The notes beneath the pieces are model-generated. The model saw only the letters and a program-made list of their open reading frames with translations. It was not told where the DNA came from and searched no databases. The position numbers were made by a program, and so were the translations under genes. Of a stretch of 64,000 nucleotides of DNA, positions 58,201-64,000 are shown piece by piece (the stretch's first letter is position 1; every line of letters begins with the position of its first letter). The DNA comes from Bacteroidota bacterium (GTDB lineage Bacteria > Bacteroidota > Bacteroidia > Chitinophagales > JADIYW01). The stretch spans positions 7,098 through 71,097 of the forward strand of contig JAQBNI010000024.1 of the NCBI GenBank assembly GCA_028288625.1, given 5' to 3'.

Positions 58201-61200
58201 TATCGCAACCAAATGCATTTGGCACTGTGATTGAGTAAACACCGGCTGCACTGTATATATGCCCTGCCACTACCACAAATCCACCTTCACAAATTGTTTG
58301 ATTTAATGTGGTTATTGCAGATGGCTGGTTAACCGTTAAGTTTAACTGAACGGTTCCTGTACATTGTCCGTTGGTAAACGTAATGTAGTAAGTTCCTGTA
58401 GTTGTAAAGATATGTCCGCCGATATCTACAAAGTCTCCCTGGCAGATCGTACGGTTTGTTACAGTGGTATCGAAATCAAGCACCACTATATTCACCGTAA
58501 TGATACTATCGCAACCTTCAGATGTTTGAAGCGTAATAATATGGTTACTGATGCTATGTGTGAATACCTGTCCGCCTACTACCACTTGTTCACCATCGCA
58601 CAACACCGCATCAACATTTGTATGTTTAACCGGTCTCACTATCAGGTGAAGATGAACTGTACTGTCGCAACCTGTAGCATTATGTATGAGTACGGTATAA
58701 TCGCCTGTCAGGTTAAAGACATAACCACCCAGTGTTACGCTGTTGCCTTCGCAGATGTTGCGTTCTATAGTTATCTCAATTTTCGGATTAACTACCAGAT
58801 TCAGCAATAAAGTATCTCTACATACATTTACCGGATAAATGATCTGGTATGTACCTGTAGTACTGAATGTCTGACCTGCAAATGTCACCTTGCCGCCGAA
58901 GCAAATAGTTGTATCCAATTGTGTTTTCGTACCACCGGTTGATATATCAATATTCAAAGTAATGGTACTATCACATCCAACAGAATTTGTTGTTTTGATC
59001 GTATATGTACCCGATTGGTTATACGTATTTCCTGCTACCACGATCGCTTGCCCATCGCATAAGAATGCATTGATAGTCGTATCTGTTGGTTTATTCACGT
59101 TTAACAATACTAACAGTGTGCCCTGGCATGTGCCGTTGTTTACCAGGAAGGTATATACACTCGGTACTGTCAGCACTGTTCCCTGTATTACAACACTGTC
59201 GCCTTCGCAGATGGTTTGAGTCATGAATGTAACTTGATTGTCTGTAATTACAGTGAGGTTCAATGTAACGATGCTGTCGCAACCTGTAGCTGCCGATGTT
59301 AGTGACACCGTGTAAGAACCAGTCGCACCAAATGTTTGTCCGCCAATCGTAACAGTATGACCTGTACATATAGTAGAATCGATCACTGTGTACTGTTTCG
59401 GTGTTACCGTCACTCTCACAATGATGATGCTATCACAACCCATTGAATTCGGCACTACCACTGTATAGAAACCGGCAGCATTGAATATATGACCTTCTAC
59501 AACTGTGAAATCACCATCACAAATAGTCCTATTTATTCTTGTTACCGAAGGCAGATTCACTGTTAAGTTCAATTGTACAATTCCAGTACACTGATTATTC
59601 TGGAATGGAATATAATATGTTCCCGCCTGGGTGAATATATGTCCGCCGATATCAACAAAATCTTCATCGCAGATCGTACGGTTTGTTACAATCGTATCTT
59701 GTTTTAAGAATACGAGATTTATTGTGAGGATACTATCGCAGCCTTGAGCTGTTTGCAATACGATCACAGAATCCGTTACGTTGGTTGTAAATACCTGTCC
59801 GCCTGCAAGCACTTGCTCTCCTGAACAAAGTACAGCATCAATATTAGTATGTTTAACCGGGCGTACGATCAGGTGTAAATGTATAGTGCTGTCGCATCCC
59901 GTTGCATTAGAAATCTGTACGGTATAATCGCCGGTTAAGTTGAATGAATAACCGCCAATTGCAACACTGCTTCCTTCACAAATATTGCGCTCGATCGTAA
60001 TCTCGATCTTAGGATTCACAACAAGGTTAAGCAATAAAGTATCTCTGCATGCACCTGAAGGGAATATGATCTGGTAAGATCCGGTTGTACTGAATGTCTG
60101 TCCGGCAAATGTAACACTGCCGCCGAAACAAATAGTTGTATCCAGTGAACGGAATGTTCCGCCTTGTGATACATCAAGCACCAATGTAACAATGCTATCA
60201 CAACCTACAGAGTTCTGTAAAGTAACTACATGCGTTCCTGCAGTCGTAAATGTTTGTGATCCGACAACTACCGCTTGTCCTTCGCAGATCGATCTGAATA
60301 TTGTTGAATCTGATACCGGTCGTACAGTTAATACTAACTGTATGATGTTTGTACATCTTCCGTTTAATGATTGTATGAAATAAGTTCCTGCAGTCGTAAA
60401 ATGTTGTCCGTTTACAGTTGCAGTATCTCCCTGGCAAATGGATTGAGGAACTATAGTGGTATCTCCGCTGCTCAACACGATAAGGTTCAGCGTTATCATA
60501 CTATCGCATCCCTGAGAAGTTGCTAATGTTACCTGGTATGTTCCGGTAGTTGTAAACACTAGTGTTCCCACAGTAATGCTTTCACCCCTGCATATTGCAG
60601 TATCTATAGTTGTACTCTTTTTAGGATTTACAGTCAGAATTAATGTGATCACACTATCGCATCCGAGAGAGTTGCGAACAATCACAGGATAAGTTCCGCT
60701 TGTATTAAAGATATGACCTCCGACCACTGCAATACTACCTTCGCAAATTGATGCTCTGATCGTAGTATCTGTCGGTTGATTTACTTTAACAATCAATCTT
60801 ACAATACCTGTACACTGATTATTTGAGAAAGGAACATAGTATGTACCTGCTGCTGTATATGTGCTGTCTCCGATCTGTACTACATCTCCCGAACATATTG
60901 TACGAGGCATCGTGATCGTGTCTTGCTGCAATACGACGAGGTTTAAAGTAATGATACTATCACAACCTTTAGATGTATTTAATACGATCACAGAATCCGT
61001 AACACTTGTACTGAATACTTGTCCTCCCACGGTAATATGCTCACCGAAACAAATCACTGAACGCACATCAGTATGCTTAACAGGATTAACTGTAAGGTTA
61101 AGATGTACAGTACTGTCGCATCCTTTTGAGCTTATCAATGTGATTGTGTAATTACCGCTTAATGTGAACGCATTGCTTCCAAGTGTTACACTGCTGCCTT

Positions 61201-64000
61201 CGCAAATAGTACTGTCAATAGTAACCTCGATCTTAGGATTTACTACGAGATTTAATAACAGTGTATCACGGCATATTCCTGACGGGAATATGATCTGGTA
61301 AGATCCTGTTGTACTGAATGTCTGACCGGCATAAGTGACACTTGTGCCGAAACAGATCGTTGTATCCAGTGAATTCTTCACTCCACCCTGTGATACATCA
61401 AGTACTAATTTGATCATACTATCGCAACCTACTGAATTCAGCACGTGAACAGTATATGTACCTGTTTGTGTAAATGTTTGTCCGCCTATTACTATAGCAT
61501 CTCCTCTACAGATTGCCTTATTAATTGTAGTGTCGGATTTCGGACGGACGGTCAAATTGAGCTGAATAATGTTTATACATCGTCCGTTCAGTGACTGGAT
61601 ATAATAGGTTCCGGCAACTTTAAATACCTGCGTGCCAACTGTGGTGCTATCACCATTACATATAGACTGATTTACCACCGTTGTATCGCCTGCCGTATTT
61701 ACAATTAAATGTAATGTTACCAAGCTATCGCAACCTTTAGTGGTTTGTAAGAATACCTGGAATGTTCCGGTAGTTGAGAATACCTGTGTTCCTATAGTAA
61801 CCGATTCTCCACGGCATATCGCGCTATCGATGGTTACATTTTTCTTAGGATTTACAGATAAGCTTAACGTGATGATACTATCGCATCCTTTTGAATTCGC
61901 AATAACGATCCTGTATGTGCCGGCAGTATTAAATACTTGTCCGCCTACAACCGTAACTCCTCCTTCGCATATTTCTCTTGAAACTCTTGATAAAGTAGAG
62001 TCATTCACTACCAATATCAGTTTAACAATACCGGTACATTGATTATTTCTGAATGGAATATAATATGTGCCTGCTTTGCTATAGGTGCTGTCGCCAATTT
62101 GTACAACTTGTCCCTGGCAAATAGTACGGTTTGTAACCGTAGTATCTTGTTGTAATACCTGCAGGTTTACAGTAATCACACTATCGCAACCTTTAGATGT
62201 TCGCAATATGATGATTGAATCTGTTACACTTGTGCTGAATATTTGTCCACCCACAGTAATGTGTTCGCCGAAGCAAATCACAGAACGTACATCCGTAAAT
62301 TTCTTTGGATTTACAGTAAGGTTAAGATGAATAATGCTATCACAACCTAACGTTGTATGTAAGTTGATGATATAGTTTCCACTTAATGTATACGTATTCC
62401 CGCCCATGGTTACGCTGCTGCCTTCGCAGATCGTAGAATCCACAATGATATTTCCATAAGATGGATTTACTGTAACTCTAACACAGTTTGAAGTGTCATT
62501 ACAGCTATGATTTGCATTAGTCACCACCACTACATAAGTAGTAGTAGATCCCGGGGTTACAGTAAGTGTGTTACCAGTTCCCAAGCTAGGTCCGACAGGT
62601 ATGCAACTACCTTCAATTATTGCCTGGAACCAACCAATAACAATTACACCCGGTGTTCCAGTAAAGCTTAATATACTTGATTGTCCCTGGCAAATCGTAG
62701 AAGGACTTGCAGATGCAGTTACAAAAGGACAGCAAGTATGAGGCGGCTGATTATACGGATCAGAGATACAACCCTTGGAATCCGTAACCGTTACTGTAGT
62801 GCCCAATCCACTTGGAATTCCCGATACAGTTAAAATATTTCCCACAACAGTAGCTGTGCCTGCCGTTGCAGTTGCCGTAAATGGTCCTGTTCCCAAGCCA
62901 ATCGATAAAGTTATAGAGTAAGATGATTGTGTTGCATCACAAACCGGTTCTCCTATTAAAGTAAGGGTAGGTCTTGGATTTACTGTTACTGTAACACAAT
63001 TTGATGTATCGTTACAGCTATTGTTTGAATTTGAAACGATAACTACATAAGATGTAGTAGTAGACGGGCTAACCAGAAGTGTATTGCCCCTGCCTAAATT
63101 TTGTCCAACAGGAATACAGCCATTCGCTGTTAATGCCTGGAACCATCCAACAACAACTACGCCTGGTGTTCCTGTAAAACTCAATGTACTTGAAAATCCC
63201 TGGCAAATAACCGAAGGGCTTGCAGACGCTGTAACAAAAGGACAGCAAGTATGCGGTGCCTGGTTATAAGGATCGGATATACATCCGTTCGCATCTCTAG
63301 CTGTTACTACAGTTCCTAATCCGCTTGGAATATTTGTAACAGTTACTAAGTTTCCGACAACAGTAGTTGTACCAACTGATGCTGTAGCCGTAAATGGTGA
63401 GGCTCCTGAACCACCAATAACTAAATTAATTGTATAAAAAGATTGCGTTACATCGCATATTGGTTGTCCTACTAAAGTAAGCGTAGGTCTTGGATTTACT
63501 GTAAGTGTTACACAGTTCGAAGTATCATTACAGCTACGATCTGCATTCGCTACCACAACTACATAAGAAGTTGTTGTAGCCGGACTAACGACAAGCGTAT
63601 TTCCCGTACCAAGATTAGCTCCGGTTGCAACACATCCACCAACAGCATTTGCTTTAAACCAACCCACAACTATTACGTTTGGTGTTCCTGTAAAGCTTAA
63701 TGTGCTTGATGCTCCAGCGCAAATCACTGCAGGAGAAGCAGATGCCGTAACAAACGGGCAACAAGTATGTGGTGCCTGATTGTATGGATCAGAGACGCAT
63801 CCATTCGCATCAGTTACTTTTACTATCGTTCCGAAGCCGCTTGGAATGCCTGACACTGTTAATGTATTACCTACAACAGTTGCAGTTCCGGCGGTTGCAG
63901 TTGCCGTAAACGGTCCAACTCCTCCACCTATCGCTAAAGTAATTGAATATGATGTTTGCGTATTATCACAAATTGGTCCGCTGGTTAAAGTAAGTGTTGG
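55241..64000 (-). CDS. giant T9SS type B (gliding-motility CTD) surface protein with Cys-paired repeats, 5'-partial
   Basis: Frame is open to the window edge (PTLTLTSGPICD...), at least 2919 aa. C-terminal IPNAFSPNGDGINDYF..YNRWG..WDG..LPDGTYYY..GFITLHR, preceded by an Ig-like AVND...YTP domain and about 40 GCDS-type repeats. Confidence 0.93.
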   Translation of the reverse strand, partial: PTLTLTSGPICDNTQTSYSITLAIGGGVGPFTATATAGTATVVGNTLTVSGIPSGFGTIVKVTDANGCVSDPYNQAPHTCCPFVTASASPAVICAGASSTLSFTGTPNVIVVGWFKANAVGGCVATGANLGTGNTLVVSPATTTSYVVVVANADRSCNDTSNCVTLTVNPRPTLTLVGQPICDVTQSFYTINLVIGGSGASPFTATASVGTTTVVGNLVTVTNIPSGLGTVVTARDANGCISDPYNQAPHTCCPFVTASASPSVICQGFSSTLSFTGTPGVVVVGWFQALTANGCIPVGQNLGRGNTLLVSPSTTTSYVVIVSNSNNSCNDTSNCVTVTVNPRPTLTLIGEPVCDATQSSYSITLSIGLGTGPFTATATAGTATVVGNILTVSGIPSGLGTTVTVTDSKGCISDPYNQPPHTCCPFVTASASPSTICQGQSSILSFTGTPGVIVIGWFQAIIEGSCIPVGPSLGTGNTLTVTPGSTTTYVVVVTNANHSCNDTSNCVRVTVNPSYGNIIVDSTICEGSSVTMGGNTYTLSGNYIINLHTTLGCDSIIHLNLTVNPKKFTDVRSVICFGEHITVGGQIFSTSVTDSIIILRTSKGCDSVITVNLQVLQQDTTVTNRTICQGQVVQIGDSTYSKAGTYYIPFRNNQCTGIVKLILVVNDSTLSRVSREICEGGVTVVGGQVFNTAGTYRIVIANSKGCDSIITLSLSVNPKKNVTIDSAICRGESVTIGTQVFSTTGTFQVFLQTTKGCDSLVTLHLIVNTAGDTTVVNQSICNGDSTTVGTQVFKVAGTYYIQSLNGRCINIIQLNLTVRPKSDTTINKAICRGDAIVIGGQTFTQTGTYTVHVLNSVGCDSMIKLVLDVSQGGVKNSLDTTICFGTSVTYAGQTFSTTGSYQIIFPSGICRDTLLLNLVVNPKIEVTIDSTICEGSSVTLGSNAFTLSGNYTITLISSKGCDSTVHLNLTVNPVKHTDVRSVICFGEHITVGGQVFSTSVTDSVIVLNTSKGCDSIITLNLVVLQQDTITMPRTICSGDVVQIGDSTYTAAGTYYVPFSNNQCTGIVRLIVKVNQPTDTTIRASICEGSIAVVGGHIFNTSGTYPVIVRNSLGCDSVITLILTVNPKKSTTIDTAICRGESITVGTLVFTTTGTYQVTLATSQGCDSMITLNLIVLSSGDTTIVPQSICQGDTATVNGQHFTTAGTYFIQSLNGRCTNIIQLVLTVRPVSDSTIFRSICEGQAVVVGSQTFTTAGTHVVTLQNSVGCDSIVTLVLDVSQGGTFRSLDTTICFGGSVTFAGQTFSTTGSYQIIFPSGACRDTLLLNLVVNPKIEITIERNICEGSSVAIGGYSFNLTGDYTVQISNATGCDSTIHLHLIVRPVKHTNIDAVLCSGEQVLAGGQVFTTNVTDSVIVLQTAQGCDSILTINLVFLKQDTIVTNRTICDEDFVDIGGHIFTQAGTYYIPFQNNQCTGIVQLNLTVNLPSVTRINRTICDGDFTVVEGHIFNAAGFYTVVVPNSMGCDSIIIVRVTVTPKQYTVIDSTICTGHTVTIGGQTFGATGSYTVSLTSAATGCDSIVTLNLTVITDNQVTFMTQTICEGDSVVIQGTVLTVPSVYTFLVNNGTCQGTLLVLLNVNKPTDTTINAFLCDGQAIVVAGNTYNQSGTYTIKTTNSVGCDSTITLNIDISTGGTKTQLDTTICFGGKVTFAGQTFSTTGTYQIIYPVNVCRDTLLLNLVVNPKIEITIERNICEGNSVTLGGYVFNLTGDYTVLIHNATGCDSTVHLHLIVRPVKHTNVDAVLCDGEQVVVGGQVFTHSISNHIITLQTSEGCDSIITVNIVVLDFDTTVTNRTICQGDFVDIGGHIFTTTGTYYITFTNGQCTGTVQLNLTVNQPSAITTLNQTICEGGFVVVAGHIYSAAGVYSITVPNAFGCDSTIALNLTVTPTAHTTIDTAICSGQTFAVGAQIFNTSGTHVVTLVGATGCDSIVTLNLSVLSGDTTTLNQSICSDDSITIGGQVFSSAGTYFIPVVNGVCNSVIKLVLDVRGVSKVTIDKAICEGQAVVIGGQTFTTTGTYAITLQNSAGCDSLITLNLNVSIGGTKSSLDTTICFGHSLTFAGQTFSSTGTYQIIYPVDVCRDTLLLNLIVDDKIDFTIERNICEGGSVVVGGNTFSLTGYYTVVIRDTTGLYCDSTVHLNLIVRPVKHTNIDAVLCDGQQVLAGGQVFTTSVTDSIIVLQSSEGCDSIIKLNLVFLKQDTIVTDRKICAGDFVDIGGHIFTQAGTYYIPFQNGQCLGVVKLNLIVNDGTEGATVVANICEGGFVTVNGQIYSQAGLYTITTINSLGCDSIYALRVFVNPISRKTIDTAICNGQSVMIGADVFFTTGTHLVTLTNSKGCDSIVTLNLTVLNGDTTLLNQTICSSDSITVGGQVFSSAGTFFIPVVNGNCPSIIKLVLVTRAVSKTTLNETICDGQAIVVGGQTFNTTGDYTVIVQNSVGCDSIINLHLDVSIGGTKTTLDTAVCFGKSVTFAGQTFTATGTYQIIYPVNVCRDTLLLHLTVNSLDTVPMEAVIACNQQTVIFRDSVYTAGVYFINISNPNNPLACDSVLRLNVRFGDCPPLHVDIIDTIPIKTDTIHCNIANPSATTTNTVYTSCDGATSGTSPYGTWSIVNGCFIYHAGPIKTPHADSLHTLSDSASIPGLPTADSLWYVYFDAFCIKATDTVTHTDATTSIFITLTGFPPVAVNDTTITTINTPVVVHVLVNDTSYDQDPLALPTTGGVVTQPTHGTAADNGDGTITYTPANGYTGVDSFQYQICDPPGAEGCDTAWVFITIKQDNCEIPNAFSPNGDGINDYFKIPCFSGPIEFSVYNRWGIEVYRNDAYLNDWDGKYKGAPLPDGTYYYVLKYITTNNEDINRAGFITLHR

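Noticed and set aside
55366..63269. Many 60-150 aa antisense and alternate-frame ORFs within the giant T9SS gene
   Set aside because: Shadow ORFs produced by the repetitive Thr/Val/Ile/Gly codon pattern; no independent protein features.
1..64000. Apparent abundance of GATC/CGATCG as a HIP1-like signal
   Set aside because: Impression only; it cannot be quantified without computing observed/expected counts, and full GCGATCGC sites are sparse.

Overview
64 kb of a Bacteroidota chromosome, probably Chitinophagales/Saprospiria-like. This is inferred from the T9SS/gliding genes, TAnnTTTG promoters and the rplM-rpsI-rpsB-tsf order. Most of the window is housekeeping: serA (5'-partial), adk-obgE, mce, an IscS-type desulfurase, tatA-gatA-mltD-like, ruvA-sprA-gcvH, rplM-rpsI-rpsB-tsf-pyrH...frr, HU-TPR-bS22-rng, mutY-ssb-gldE-gldD, recG, msrB and recX. 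The right end is a type IX secretion locus: a giant type-B-CTD repeat protein (>2900 aa, cut by the window edge), a PorP/SprF barrel and an OmpA/PorE-like protein. No rRNA, tRNA or CRISPR array was seen. Most notable observations: (1) a lone IS200-type Y1 (HUH) transposase embedded in 11 covarying GCTCC-GTA-GGAGC hairpins with about 48-50 nt spacing, next to an AT-rich DUF3883-like nuclease gene; (2) several families of short-period (7-, 8- and 9/18-nt) inverted tandem-repeat elements, one in frame inside mutY, one forming the likely GldD signal peptide and two bracketing an orphan lipoprotein gene; (3) a 29-aa bS22-like ribosomal protein missed by the ORF track; (4) a possible split HTTM/gamma-carboxylase-like gene pair; (5) a hierarchical 8x5 Cys-paired repeat in the giant T9SS substrate, rich in Bacteroidota O-glycosylation sequons. 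All family assignments come from motif recognition by eye; no database searches were run.
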